Origin: an uncultured Actinomycetes bacterium
GTDB taxonomy: Bacteria > Actinomycetota > Acidimicrobiia > Acidimicrobiales > Iamiaceae
Assembly: GCA_963764215.1 (NCBI GenBank)
Contig: CAVXRS010000010.1
Span: 59,153-123,152 of the forward strand
Reading direction: 5' to 3'
Length of the DNA: 64,000 bases
Shown: positions 46,210 through 56,562 of the stretch, in pieces
How the letters are laid out: every line of letters starts with the position of its first letter
Numbering within the stretch: the first letter of the stretch is position 1
Notes under the pieces: model-generated
What the model was told of the DNA's origin: nothing
The model's database searches: none
What the model saw: only the letters and a program-made list of their open reading frames with translations
Position numbers and translations under genes: made by a program

Positions 46210-47096
46210 GCGATCTCCAACAATCTCAGCTCGTGTGCCAGCGCTTCGGCGCGGGCGTCGAGCGCGGGTGGGGCGTCACCCATCGGCAGGCGACACTGGC
46301 CGACCGCGATTCCCAACGCGCGCAGCATGGACTTGGTCGGCAACGGGTTCGGCGTGGCGTCGGACGTCTCGAACTCGAACGACGAGAGCATCGCCGCGTT
46401 CAGCGATCGGGCGGCGGCCACGTCGCCGGAGTCGAACGCTTGGATCATCGCCGCCATGGTCTCCCCAACCCAGTGGGTGGCCACCCCGATGACCCCCACC
46501 GCGCCCACCGCGAGCAGCGGCAGCGTCATCGCGTCGTCGCCGGAGTAGACCTCGAATCCTTCGGGTGCTGCCGCAATGAGTTTCGCGGTCTCGGCCGGAT
46601 TGCCGGCCGCGTCCTTCACGCCGACGACGTTGGGAATCTCGGCCAGTGCCAGCAACGTCCTGGTGGCGATCTTCCGCCCGCTGCGGATCGGAATGTCATA
46701 GATGATCACCGGAAGGTCGGTGGCCCCGGCCACGGCCCGGAAGTGCGCTTCGATGCCCGCCTGGGAAGGGCGGTTGTAGTACGGGCACACCGAGAGGATC
46801 CCATCCACCCCGAGCGCGGAGAGCCGGGCGGTGAGCTCGACGCTGTGCGCGGTGTCGTTGGTGGACCCGCCGACCAGGATCGGCACGTCGACCGCGGCGC
46901 GCACCGCTTCGACCAGCTCCACGTCTTCCTCGTCAGGCAGGACCGAAGCTTCGCCGGTGCTGCCCGCGAGCACGAGGCCGTCGCTGCCATGGGCCACGAG
47001 CCAGCTCGCAAGTTCTGCCGCGACTCCGGTGTCGAGGCGTCCGGCGTCGTCGAATGGCGTGACCATCGCCGTGAGGACCTGCCCGAAGCGCGCCAT
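46206..47096 (-). CDS. dapA: 4-hydroxy-tetrahydrodipicolinate synthase
   Basis: TPFDDAGRLD, GSTGEAS and YNRPSQ motifs. Its stop overlaps the rnj start. Confidence 0.9.
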   Translation of the reverse strand: MARFGQVLTAMVTPFDDAGRLDTGVAAELASWLVAHGSDGLVLAGSTGEASVLPDEEDVELVEAVRAAVDVPILVGGSTNDTAHSVELTARLSALGVDGILSVCPYYNRPSQAGIEAHFRAVAGATDLPVIIYDIPIRSGRKIATRTLLALAEIPNVVGVKDAAGNPAETAKLIAAAPEGFEVYSGDDAMTLPLLAVGAVGVIGVATHWVGETMAAMIQAFDSGDVAAARSLNAAMLSSFEFETSDATPNPLPTKSMLRALGIAVGQCRLPMGDAPPALDARAEALAHELRLLEIA

Positions 47097-47180
47097 CAGT
47101 TCGCTGCCATCGGGAAGTCGGTCATCGGTGCGGATCCTAACAATGCTTCTCGCCGCACCGCGTGCCGGCTTCGGATGGCG

Positions 47181-48335
47181 TCAGGCGGTTTCGGCGCGCT
47201 GCGCAGCCACCTCGTCGGCGACGGAGAAGTCCTCGTATTCGGCTTCGGTGTCGACCCAGTCCTCGAACTGGATCACGCCCAGCTCGCCGAACTTCTGGCG
47301 CAACCAGCCGTCACCGGCATCGAGCAGGCCGAGCTTCTTGCAGTTCGGCACGATCTTGGTGAACAGCATCTGCTGGAACACGGCGCGCTCGGGCGCATTC
47401 ATCACCAGTTCCACGGTGTCCTTGACCGGCACCCCCATGCGCTCCCAGACCTCCTGCTGCAGAAAGCGGTCCCGCATCCGCACCGCGGCCTCGAAGGCGA
47501 ATTCCTGGCGCTCGAGCAGCTCCGCATTGGTGAGCCCCTCGTAGTACTCCTTGAGGCTGAGCACCCCGAAGGCCACGTGGCGGGCCTCGTCGGCCATCAC
47601 GTACTTGAGGAGCTGCTTGAGCAGCGGCTCGGTGGTGAGCTGGCGGATGAATCCGAAGGCCGCCAGGGCGAGACCCTCGACCATGATCTGCATACCCAGA
47701 TAGGTCATGTCCCAACGAGAGTCGTTGACGATGTCGTCGAGCAGCAGTCCCAGGTGGGCGTTCACCGGGTAGTGACCGCTCAGCTTCTCGTTCAGGTACT
47801 TGGCGAACACCTCGACGTGCCGGGCCTCGTCCATGACCTGGGTGGAGCCGTAGTACTTGGCGTCGATCCAGGGCACGGTCTCCACGATCTTGGCGGTGCA
47901 CACCAGTGCTCCCTGCTCACCGTGCAGGAACTGCGACAGCGTCCAATTCTGCGACTCGATGCCGAACTTGAGCCAGTCGTCATCGTTGAACTTCTCGAAC
48001 GGGGTGCCACTCAGGTCATGCTCGCCGGCGAACAGGCCGCCGTTGGCGACCGAGTTGTCCATGACGACCTTCTCCTGATCGACTTCGGTGTCCCAGGGCA
48101 GGTCGGTCTCGCCGTTCCATTGGCTCTTCTTGGCCTTCTCGTAGAGCTTGTTCAGCCCGGGTCGGGCACCCTTCTCGTAGTCCCAGGTGAAGTTCGCGTC
48201 GGCGTTGTCCTTCACCGTGTGCACGAGCGCATCGACGTCGGTGTTCACCACCGACAGGATCTGCTCGAGGTCGTTGATGTCCTGTCGACCGATGATCTGC
48301 TCGGTGCTGGTTCTGGACGTGTCGACATTGGTCAT
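47181..48335 (-). CDS. Ferritin-like diiron protein (AurF-like N-oxygenase/oxidase family)
   Basis: Two ExxH motifs (MDEARHVE, ADEARHVAF) with helical-bundle spacing. Confidence 0.55.
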   Translation of the reverse strand: MTNVDTSRTSTEQIIGRQDINDLEQILSVVNTDVDALVHTVKDNADANFTWDYEKGARPGLNKLYEKAKKSQWNGETDLPWDTEVDQEKVVMDNSVANGGLFAGEHDLSGTPFEKFNDDDWLKFGIESQNWTLSQFLHGEQGALVCTAKIVETVPWIDAKYYGSTQVMDEARHVEVFAKYLNEKLSGHYPVNAHLGLLLDDIVNDSRWDMTYLGMQIMVEGLALAAFGFIRQLTTEPLLKQLLKYVMADEARHVAFGVLSLKEYYEGLTNAELLERQEFAFEAAVRMRDRFLQQEVWERMGVPVKDTVELVMNAPERAVFQQMLFTKIVPNCKKLGLLDAGDGWLRQKFGELGVIQFEDWVDTEAEYEDFSVADEVAAQRAETA

Positions 48336-48348
48336 TGCGGGGTGCCTC

Positions 48349-48954
48349 CTAGGCGGTTACGGCGAGGTTGTCGGGAACGGTTGGAATGAGGTGTCGGTCG
48401 ACCAGACGCCGTACGTCCTCAGCACGGCTCAGATCGATCGATTCGGACGGTTGGAACACGTAGGACAAGGTGATCCGGGCGGCCATCTCGACCAGCCGCG
48501 GGGAATCGGGGCCGACGAATCGTTCGAAGCTCGGGGCGAGGGCGTCGGTGACCAGCCGGTAGAGCCGATCGACGTTGCTGAACCCCAGATAGGGCAACAC
48601 CAGGCCCGGTTCGTGTTCGAGCATGAACTGGAAACCTGCATGCTCCTCGAGTCCGACAGCGGCAATGGAGATGACCGAACTCAACGCGTCGGACAGGTCC
48701 TCCGCTTCGGCCGCCGATGCCGTGGCGGCCGCGAAGAAGGAGCGGAGCTCGCAGAGCGCGTAGGCGCCCATGATCTGCCGTTTCCCGCCGGGGAACACCC
48801 GGTACAGGGTCGCCCGGCTGCAGCCGGCCACCTTGGCGAGATCGGCTGCGTTGGTCTTCGCATAACCCCAACGTCCCAACAGGACGCCGGCCGCATCGAT
48901 CAGCGACTGCTCGACGTTCGTGGATGCGACGTGCGACGCCCCGGTTGCCCCCAT
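48349..48954 (-). CDS. TetR-family transcriptional regulator
   Basis: HTH segment TNAADLAKVAGCSRATLYRVFPGGK. Confidence 0.8.
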   Translation of the reverse strand: MGATGASHVASTNVEQSLIDAAGVLLGRWGYAKTNAADLAKVAGCSRATLYRVFPGGKRQIMGAYALCELRSFFAAATASAAEAEDLSDALSSVISIAAVGLEEHAGFQFMLEHEPGLVLPYLGFSNVDRLYRLVTDALAPSFERFVGPDSPRLVEMAARITLSYVFQPSESIDLSRAEDVRRLVDRHLIPTVPDNLAVTA

Positions 48955-48964
48955 TGATGAGACA

Positions 48965-49627
48965 CTAAGAACTTCGGTGTCTCATCGTCAACGGTTTGGC
49001 CCGGTGACTTCGGTCACGAGGCCCCCTCCGGTGCCGGAGCACACCGGCGAGGAGGTAGCCGTGGACCAGCGTGCGCACCTCGTCCGGATCGTCGAGATTC
49101 CACACACCCTGACCACGCGTGAACGTGAGGATCATCCGCGCCAGGAAATCGGCCACCTCGTCGACGTCGACTCCGTCATCGAGTTCCTCGGCCTCGAGCA
49201 AGGGGGTCAGATAGTCGTGGAGCGCATCGATGATCAGCGGAGTCGAGATCGAGAGATGAGGCAGCAGCCGTTCCGGCTCGGTCTCGACCACCTTCTGGAA
49301 GACCTCGTGGCTGGAAAGCGCCCGGTGGGCGAAGGGCAACCCCACCTCGAGTTGGGCGGCCAGGCCCGCACAACCGTCGACTTCGTCGGCCAGCCGGCGG
49401 AAGAAGACCGCTACCTCCCGGGCGATCGCTTCTTCGAAGACCTCGTCACGGCCGCCGGGAAAGTGGCGGTAGATCGTCGCCCGTCCCACGCCGGCCCGGT
49501 CGGCCACCGCATCCAGGGAGGTCTTGGCGATCCCGTTCACGCGCACACAATCGACCGCCGCAGCCAGGATTCGCCCGCGGGTGTCATCGGCCATGCCACA
49601 CGATCCTATGGCGCCCCTCGCCACCAC
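48965..49627 (-). CDS. TetR-family transcriptional regulator
   Basis: HTH segment TSLDAVADRAGVGRATIYRHFPGGR. Confidence 0.8.
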   Translation of the reverse strand: MVARGAIGSCGMADDTRGRILAAAVDCVRVNGIAKTSLDAVADRAGVGRATIYRHFPGGRDEVFEEAIAREVAVFFRRLADEVDGCAGLAAQLEVGLPFAHRALSSHEVFQKVVETEPERLLPHLSISTPLIIDALHDYLTPLLEAEELDDGVDVDEVADFLARMILTFTRGQGVWNLDDPDEVRTLVHGYLLAGVLRHRRGPRDRSHRAKPLTMRHRSS

Positions 49628-49642
49628 CCCGGGGCGCTCGGG

Positions 49643-50547
49643 TCAACGGTCGACGTCGGTGAGATCGAGCACCCCGTCATCGTCGACGAACGCACCGGGT
49701 GGCAGATCGTCCGAGCCGCCGTCCGGGCCGTCGCCCCCACCGCGCTTCTTCTCCCGGTCGCGAGCCACGAGCCACAACAGGAGCGGATAGCCGACGAGGG
49801 CCAGCGCGGTGAAGCTGAACCACTGGATCGTGTAGCTCAGATGGGGCCCGTTGGTGAGCACGGGACGATCCAGGTTCTGCGGGGGGCGTTTGCCCGGGTC
49901 GGGTGGCCGCTGGGACTGACGCAGCAGGAATCCTGGAACGAGCCGCTGCGAGAACTGCCGCTGGATAACCGGAACGTCGATCCGTAGGTACGTCCTCTGG
50001 GCACGACCGCCGCGATCCGCGGATTCCCCGGAGAGCCGGGACTCGCTCTCGGACAACAGGCCGGTGACCGTGACCCGACCGGTGGGCGGTTGGGCGCCCG
50101 GGGGCGTCGACACGACCGGCCCGGTCGAGGGCAGCCAGCCCCGGTTCACCAAGAGCACCCGACCGTCGTCGAGCAACAGCGGCGAGACGATCCAGACGCC
50201 GGGAACGCCTTCGGGCGACGCCTGGGCATTGATCACGATGTCCTGGGAGACCAGGTACCTCCCGGTCGCCCGGACGTTCCGGTCGAGCTCGTTCTTCACG
50301 TCGGTCGCCGTGGTCGAGGTTCCGATCACCTTGTCGATCGGGGTCACCGGCGCGACCATGTTCGCCTCGACCCGCGGTTGAAGGCTTGTCGTTGGTGCAG
50401 GCGACGGATCTGCCACAGCCCGGCATTGACGAAGACGACCACGAGCACGAGCACGATCACATGGCCGAAGATCCACTTCGGTTTCAGCGCGAATGCGTAC
50501 CGCGACACCCCGGTGAGGCTACGGCCGTGCTCGGATTCCGGCACCAT
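49643..50547 (-). pseudogene. SURF1-like cytochrome oxidase assembly protein; one frame switch near 50378
   Basis: The N-terminal TM plus GLWQIRRLHQRQAF sits in one frame. The remainder (LVNRGWLP..., HLSYTIQWFSFTALALVGY) sits in another. Confidence 0.65.
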
Positions 50548-50571
50548 TCGACCGGGCGGCGATCCGCACGG

Positions 50572-51042
50572 TCACCACAGATCGATCATGAGCCCGCCCG
50601 CCAGGGTCGCCCCCAACTCGCGCGCCGCGTCCAGATCGGCCGGGGCGATGTCGCCGATGACGACGAGCGGTTTCTGCACCTGTGTCCAGCGCAGGCCCGT
50701 GAGCACCTTCTCGGTGTCGCGCAACGCCCCGGATGCGTCGCTGTCTCCCTTGCACACCAGCGCGCACGGTTTGTCGACGGTCGTGCCCAGGCACGGGTAG
50801 TAGATGCGCTCGAGGAAGTCCTTCATCAGCCCGTTGATCATCCCGATGTTCGGCGGCGCCGCGAGCACCACGAGATCGGTGGCGAGCACGTCCGCCGGTC
50901 CGGCGTCCAGGGGCTCGACCAGCCGCGCCTCGACCCCTTCGACGCCGTCGGAGCGGGTGCCTGCGATGAGCGCGTCGACCAGGCGCCGATTCGACCCGCT
51001 GCGCGACGAACACACCACCAACAACTGCTTGTCACCGCCCAT
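50572..51042 (-). CDS. Flavodoxin-like fold / NAD(P)H-dependent FMN reductase-like protein
   Basis: LLVVCSSRSGSN and VVLAAPPNIGMINGLMKDFLER. Confidence 0.5.
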   Translation of the reverse strand: MGGDKQLLVVCSSRSGSNRRLVDALIAGTRSDGVEGVEARLVEPLDAGPADVLATDLVVLAAPPNIGMINGLMKDFLERIYYPCLGTTVDKPCALVCKGDSDASGALRDTEKVLTGLRWTQVQKPLVVIGDIAPADLDAARELGATLAGGLMIDLW

Positions 51043-51048
51043 GGGTGA

Positions 51049-52686
51049 TCAGTCGTTGGGTAACTGGTAGTCCGCGAAGCGGGTCCGTAGGTCCTTCTTG
51101 GAGAACTTGCCGACCGAGGTCTTGGGGATCTCCTCGACGAAGACCACGTCGTCGGGCAACCACCATTTGGCCACCCGCGGGGTGAGGAAATCGATCACCT
51201 CGTCCTTGGTGAGCTCCTCGCCGGGCTTGACCACGACGCAGGCCAGTGGACGCTCCTGCCACTTGGGGTGCTTCACCCCGATGACCGCGGCTTCTGCGAC
51301 CTTGGGGTGGGCCATCATCTCGTTCTCGAGTTCCACCGACGAGATCCACTCGCCGCCCGACTTCACCACGTCCTTGGTGCGATCGACGATTCTGATGTAT
51401 CCCTCGGCGTCGACGGTGGCGACGTCGCCGGTGCGGAGCCAACCGTCCTCGGTGAACGACTCCGCCGAGCGATCGTCGTTGTAGTAGCTCTTCGCGATCC
51501 AAGGTCCCTGGGCCTGCAGCTCGCCGCGGGATTCGCCGTCCCGGGGAACCTGGTCACCGGTGACCTGGTCGACGATCCGCAGGTTCACCCCTACCATCGG
51601 CAGGCCGATCGTGGTGCCGAGATCGAACAACTCGTCTTCGGAAGCGTCCGCGAACTTGGCCTTGACCACGCCGACCGAGCCGACCGGGGAGGTCTCGGTC
51701 ATGCCCCACGCCTGGGTGATCGGGATGCCGATCTCGGCCTTGTAGGCCTCCGACAACGATCGCGGCACTGCCGAACCGCCACAGGGCACCGCCCGCAGCG
51801 CGGACGTGTCGCGACCCTTGAGCTCGGGCAGCACACCCATCCAGATCGTGGGCACCCCCGCGGTGATCGTGATCTTCTCCTCGACGATCAGGTCCGCCAA
51901 CGCCTTGGGCGCCATCTGCGGACCGGGCAGGATCAGGTCCGCGCCCACCCCGACCGTGGCGTGGGCGATCCCCCAGGCGTTCGCGTGGAACATCGGCACC
52001 ACCGGCATGACCTTGTCCCGTTCGGTGACTCCGATCCCATCGGCGACCATCACGGCCATGGCGTGCAGGAACTGTGACCGGTGGCTGTAGACGACACCTT
52101 TGGGGTTGCCCGTGGTGCCGGACGTGTAACACATCATCGCGGCGTCGTTCTCGTCTGCGACGTGCCACTCCACCGGCGACGCCGCGGCGAGCAGTTCCTC
52201 ATAGTCGTGGAGCTGGATCCTGCCGGCATCGGAGGGGAGGTCGGGCGCGCCGTCGTCCATGATCACGACGTGGCGCACGGTGTCGAAGCCTTCGAGCAGC
52301 GGCCACAGCAGTTTGGCGAGCGAACCATCGACGAAGATGACCTCGTCGGCGGCATGATTGACGATGTAGGTGAGCTGTTCGGGGAACAGCCGGATGTTCA
52401 GGGTGTGGGTGACCCGGCCACTGCAGGGAGCAGCGAAGTACAACTCGAGGTGGCGCGCGGTGTTCCAGCCGAAGGTGCCGACCCGGGCATCTGTGGAAAG
52501 GCCCAGGTCGTCGAAGACCCCGCCCAGGCGTCGCGCCCGCTCGGCCCAGGCGCCGTAGGTCGTCCGGTCCCGACCGGTCGCGGTGCCGGTGACGATCTCC
52601 TTGTCGGCGAACAGCTTCTCGGCACGCTCGAACAGCATGATCTCCGACAGCGGAACGTCCTGCATCAGGCCCTTCATCGCATGCAT
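51049..52686 (-). CDS. Long-chain fatty-acid-CoA ligase
   Basis: AMP-binding motif YTSGTTGNPKGV plus GWLRTGD and KTSVGKFSKK. Confidence 0.85.
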   Translation of the reverse strand: MHAMKGLMQDVPLSEIMLFERAEKLFADKEIVTGTATGRDRTTYGAWAERARRLGGVFDDLGLSTDARVGTFGWNTARHLELYFAAPCSGRVTHTLNIRLFPEQLTYIVNHAADEVIFVDGSLAKLLWPLLEGFDTVRHVVIMDDGAPDLPSDAGRIQLHDYEELLAAASPVEWHVADENDAAMMCYTSGTTGNPKGVVYSHRSQFLHAMAVMVADGIGVTERDKVMPVVPMFHANAWGIAHATVGVGADLILPGPQMAPKALADLIVEEKITITAGVPTIWMGVLPELKGRDTSALRAVPCGGSAVPRSLSEAYKAEIGIPITQAWGMTETSPVGSVGVVKAKFADASEDELFDLGTTIGLPMVGVNLRIVDQVTGDQVPRDGESRGELQAQGPWIAKSYYNDDRSAESFTEDGWLRTGDVATVDAEGYIRIVDRTKDVVKSGGEWISSVELENEMMAHPKVAEAAVIGVKHPKWQERPLACVVVKPGEELTKDEVIDFLTPRVAKWWLPDDVVFVEEIPKTSVGKFSKKDLRTRFADYQLPND

Positions 52687-52802
52687 CCCCTTGCGTCATC
52701 CAGTCGTCGGGTGTGCAGTGACGTGCCCGCGACCGGATCGGGAACGCCGCCACGCCCAAGCGTAGGCCGAAGTTCCGGCGACGTGTTCCGCCGAATCGGA
52801 GA

Positions 52803-53927
52803 TCAGTGGTCGTGGGGCAGGCCGAGCACGCGTTCGGCGACGATGTTGCGTTGCACCGAACCCGTGCCGCCCCCGATCGTGAGTGCCTGGGAGAACAGAT
52901 AGCCGAAGTGCCAGATCCCCGGGTCGCCACCGAGCGGTCCGGTCCCTTCGCCGGCTTCGAGCAACCCCGCCGCGCCGGCCAGGTCCTTGGCGAGGCCCAT
53001 GATGTCCTGGCCGTGTTCGTCGGCCTTGATCTTGCGGATCGACGCTTCCGGCCCGGGTTCGGACCCGCTGATACGGGCGGAGAGGGTGCGCAGGCGGATC
53101 AGGCGGAGAATCTCGGCGTCGATGTGGAGCGCGGCCATCCGATCCCGGAGCACCGGATCGGTGGTGCTGCCCGCGGCACGCACGGTGGCGAGCAGGTCAC
53201 CCGCGGTGGGCCCCATTCCCCAGAGCGCGCCCGGCTCGGACAGCGAGACGCGTTCGTTGCCGAGGGTGACCTTCGCCAGCGACCAACCCTGGTTCACCTC
53301 GCCCACCCGGTTCGCGTCGGGGATCCGGGCATCCGTGAAGAACACCTGGTTGAAGTTGTGGGCACCGGTCATCTCGACGATCGGGGACAACTCGATGCCC
53401 GGTGTCTCCATGTCGACGACGAAGTAGGTGATGCCCGAATGCCGGTCGGCGTCCGGGTCGGTCCGGGCGATGAGGATGCCCCAACGGGCGAGGTGGCCGA
53501 GTGACGTCCAGATCTTGGTGCCGTTCACGACCCATTCGTCCCCGTCGCGGATCGCCCGGGTGGTCAGGCTCGCCAGATCCGATCCGGCATCGGGCTCGCT
53601 GAAGAGCTGGCACCACGTCTCCTCACCCGAGAGCAAACCGGGCAACCACCGCTGTTGTTGATCCGGTGTGCCGGCGTGCAGCAGGGTCGGGCCCGCCCAG
53701 CCGATCCCGATCGGGTTGTTCGGCCGCTTGATCCCGGCACGGCGCAGCTCGTCGTCGATGATCAGCTGGTGCACCGGATCGGCGTCGAGCCCGTAGGGCT
53801 CCGGCCAGTGCGGCGCCACGTAGCCCGCGTGGGCGAGTGCCACGCCGTCGGGATCGGGATGATCGGCGATCCAGTCGCGTACCTGGGCACGGCGAGGGTC
53901 GTCGTCGGGAGGAAGCTCGAAGTCCAT
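52803..53927 (-). CDS. Acyl-CoA dehydrogenase
   Basis: ACAD three-domain layout with a C-terminal TIGGGTGSVQRNIVAERVLGLP. Confidence 0.8.
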   Translation of the reverse strand: MDFELPPDDDPRRAQVRDWIADHPDPDGVALAHAGYVAPHWPEPYGLDADPVHQLIIDDELRRAGIKRPNNPIGIGWAGPTLLHAGTPDQQQRWLPGLLSGEETWCQLFSEPDAGSDLASLTTRAIRDGDEWVVNGTKIWTSLGHLARWGILIARTDPDADRHSGITYFVVDMETPGIELSPIVEMTGAHNFNQVFFTDARIPDANRVGEVNQGWSLAKVTLGNERVSLSEPGALWGMGPTAGDLLATVRAAGSTTDPVLRDRMAALHIDAEILRLIRLRTLSARISGSEPGPEASIRKIKADEHGQDIMGLAKDLAGAAGLLEAGEGTGPLGGDPGIWHFGYLFSQALTIGGGTGSVQRNIVAERVLGLPHDH

Positions 53928-53956
53928 GCGGTCCGTGACGGTAGCGTGCCTGGACG

Positions 53957-54853
53957 ATGGCCGCCGCGTCCCCGTTCCGACTCGAGGTGGTCTCCGGGCC
54001 GGGTCCGGGACGTGTCACGCTGGACGGCGAGGCGCGATCGAGCATCACGGCCGCGCTGGGAGCAGCCCGTCACGGATCGGTCGTGGAGATCGGGCGAGGA
54101 CGCTACGGCGCGACCAGCGAGCGCCTCCCGTTGCGGATTCCCGCCGGGGTCACCGTCCGGGGTCCGGCGCCGCCCGACCTTCCCACGGAGGCCCGCAAGC
54201 ATCTGCCGACGCCCGTGCCGGCAGCACTGACCGGCCCGGGACCCCTCGTGCAGATCGACGGCGATGACGTCCACCTCGCCCACCTCCGACTCGTTGCGAA
54301 CGCCGGAGGCGTCGCCGTGGACGCCCGGAACGTGCGCCACCTCAGGATCGAGGCGTGTGCGTTGGTCGGGGATCTGGAGTTGGCGCACGTGGAAGACGCA
54401 CGCATCCTCTGGACCGACCTCACTCCCGGGCGGATCCGCTTGCTGCACGTCGACGGTGCGCACATCACCGGGGGGCGAGTCGAAGCGCCCGGCGGCGTCG
54501 GCGCCACCGCGATCACCGTTCAGAACGGCTCCGACGCCCGGATCGAGGCCGCGGCGATCACGGAGGCGCGCACGGGTGTTTCGATCACCGACAGCAGGTC
54601 CGTGCTGATCGGCGCCTGTGCCGTCCTCGCCGACGACTGCGCCGTCGAGGTGCGCGGGTCCCGTGACGTCCAGGTGGCCGGCAATCGACTCCGGGCATCG
54701 CGAACCGTCGTCCTCGCAGATTGCGAAGACGCTGCGGTCAACGCGAACGGCATCGAACGTGCCGACACCGGGGTGGCACTCGAGCGGTGCAGGGCGACCG
54801 TGATCGGCGCCAACCACTTCGGCGACGTCTGCCACGAGATCGAGGAGAGCTGA
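53957..54853 (+). CDS. Right-handed parallel beta-helix repeat protein
   Basis: Repeats of about 22 residues with V/I-x-I/V-x-x-C/A patterns throughout the C-terminal 200 aa. Confidence 0.5.
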   Translation: MAAASPFRLEVVSGPGPGRVTLDGEARSSITAALGAARHGSVVEIGRGRYGATSERLPLRIPAGVTVRGPAPPDLPTEARKHLPTPVPAALTGPGPLVQIDGDDVHLAHLRLVANAGGVAVDARNVRHLRIEACALVGDLELAHVEDARILWTDLTPGRIRLLHVDGAHITGGRVEAPGGVGATAITVQNGSDARIEAAAITEARTGVSITDSRSVLIGACAVLADDCAVEVRGSRDVQVAGNRLRASRTVVLADCEDAAVNANGIERADTGVALERCRATVIGANHFGDVCHEIEES

Positions 54854-54915
54854 GGGGTGCGGTCGTGCCTACACTCGTGGCCGATCCAATTTCCGATGCC
54901 GCCGAAGGGGAACGC

Positions 54916-56532
54916 ATGACCGGCTGGAACTTTGCAGATATCTGGGAGATCGCGGCGGGCCAGCTCCCCGACGCGCCCGCCCAGATCCAGGGTGACCAAC
55001 GGTGGAACTGGGCCACGTTCGACCGACGGGCCGACGGAGTGGCCAGATTCCTTCTGGACCGCGGTGTCGTCGAGCAGGACAAGGTCGCCCAGTACCTCTA
55101 CAACTGCCCCGAATACCTCGAGTCGGTGTTCGCCTCGTTCAAGGCCGGACTCGTACCCATCAACACCAACTTCCGGTACGCGGACGCCGAGTTGGTCTAC
55201 CTCTGGGACAACGCGGACGTGGTCGCCGTGGTCTTCCACGGCACCTTCACCGCGACGATCGAGCGGATCCGGACCCAGGTTCCCCGGGTGACGACGTGGC
55301 TGTGGGTGGACGATTCCTCCGGACCCTGTCCCGACTGGGCGACGCCCTATGAGGATGCGGCTGAATACGAGCCCGGTGAGCGTCCCGTCCAGGGACCGTG
55401 GGGCCGGAGTGGCGACCACCTGCTGATGACCTACACCGGCGGCACCACCGGGATGCCCAAAGGAGTGATGTGGCGTCAGGACGACCTGATCAGGAACCTG
55501 ATCGGGAACTTCCTCCCCGACGTGCGCAACGGCGTCGACGCCGAGGTCATCCGCAACGCGGTGCAGGCACCGGGGCCGATCGGTCTCCCGGCCTGCCCCC
55601 TCATGCACGGGACGGGTCAGTTCACCCAGTTGATCATTCTGTCGCTCGGTGGGTGCACGGTCACTCTGCAGAGCCGGAACTTCGACGTGGTCGAACTGCT
55701 CGACACCGTCGTGCGCGAAAAGGTGCAGCAGATCGCCCTGGTCGGAGACGCGTTCTCGAAACCGATCCTGGCCGCGCTCGACGCCGAACCGGACCGCTGG
55801 GACCTCTCCAGCCTGTTCCTCATCGCCTCCTCCGGGGTGATGTGGAGCGAAGAGTCCAAGAAGCGACTGCTCGAGTACCAGCCCGGCATGGTCCTCGTCG
55901 ACGCATTCTCGTCCTCCGAAGCGGTCGGCATGGGTCAGTCGACGTCGACCGCGGGGGGCACGTCGCACACGGCGAAGTTCACGCTCGGTGAGAATGCCCG
56001 GGTGATCGACGAGGCGAACAACGACGTCGAACCCGGCTCGGGTCAGGCCGGTCGGGTGGCACTCAAGGGCTACGTACCCGTCGGCTACTACAAGGACGAG
56101 GAGAAGACCGCCCGCACCTTCGTCACGATCGACGGCGAGCGGTATGTGATCCCCGGCGACTACGCCCAGGTCGAAGCCGATGGCACCCTGACCCTGCTCG
56201 GGCGCGGTTCGGTCGTGATCAACACCGGCGGCGAGAAGGTCTTCCCAGAAGAGGTCGAAGAGGCGCTCAAGACGCATGACAGCGTCTTCGATGCGGTGGC
56301 GGTCGGCGTCCCCGACGACAAGTTCGGCGAGGCGGTTGTCGCCGTGGTCCAACCCGCCGACCCTGCCATCGGGGTGGACGAAGCCGTGCTCATCGCGCAT
56401 GTCAAAGCGCAGCTCGCGGCCTACAAGGCGCCCAAGCGGATCATCGAGATCGACACCATCGGTCGGGCCGCGAACGCCAAGGTCGACTACAAACGACTCA
56501 AGCAGTACGCACGCGACGAGCTCGGCCTCTGA
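54916..56532 (+). CDS. Acyl-CoA synthetase (AMP-dependent ligase)
   Basis: YTGGTTGMPKGV. ATG at 54916 is preceded by GAAGGGGA. The track start at 54721 was trimmed. Confidence 0.8.
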   Translation: MTGWNFADIWEIAAGQLPDAPAQIQGDQRWNWATFDRRADGVARFLLDRGVVEQDKVAQYLYNCPEYLESVFASFKAGLVPINTNFRYADAELVYLWDNADVVAVVFHGTFTATIERIRTQVPRVTTWLWVDDSSGPCPDWATPYEDAAEYEPGERPVQGPWGRSGDHLLMTYTGGTTGMPKGVMWRQDDLIRNLIGNFLPDVRNGVDAEVIRNAVQAPGPIGLPACPLMHGTGQFTQLIILSLGGCTVTLQSRNFDVVELLDTVVREKVQQIALVGDAFSKPILAALDAEPDRWDLSSLFLIASSGVMWSEESKKRLLEYQPGMVLVDAFSSSEAVGMGQSTSTAGGTSHTAKFTLGENARVIDEANNDVEPGSGQAGRVALKGYVPVGYYKDEEKTARTFVTIDGERYVIPGDYAQVEADGTLTLLGRGSVVINTGGEKVFPEEVEEALKTHDSVFDAVAVGVPDDKFGEAVVAVVQPADPAIGVDEAVLIAHVKAQLAAYKAPKRIIEIDTIGRAANAKVDYKRLKQYARDELGL

Positions 56533-56562
56533 GGTTCGGCGTTCGAAGGTTGTGGCCGACCC

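Noticed and set aside
47181-48335. Calling the diiron gene a recent horizontal acquisition on composition.
   Set aside because: By eye its GC is only slightly below that of its neighbours, and I cannot compute it. The evidence is not strong enough to claim.
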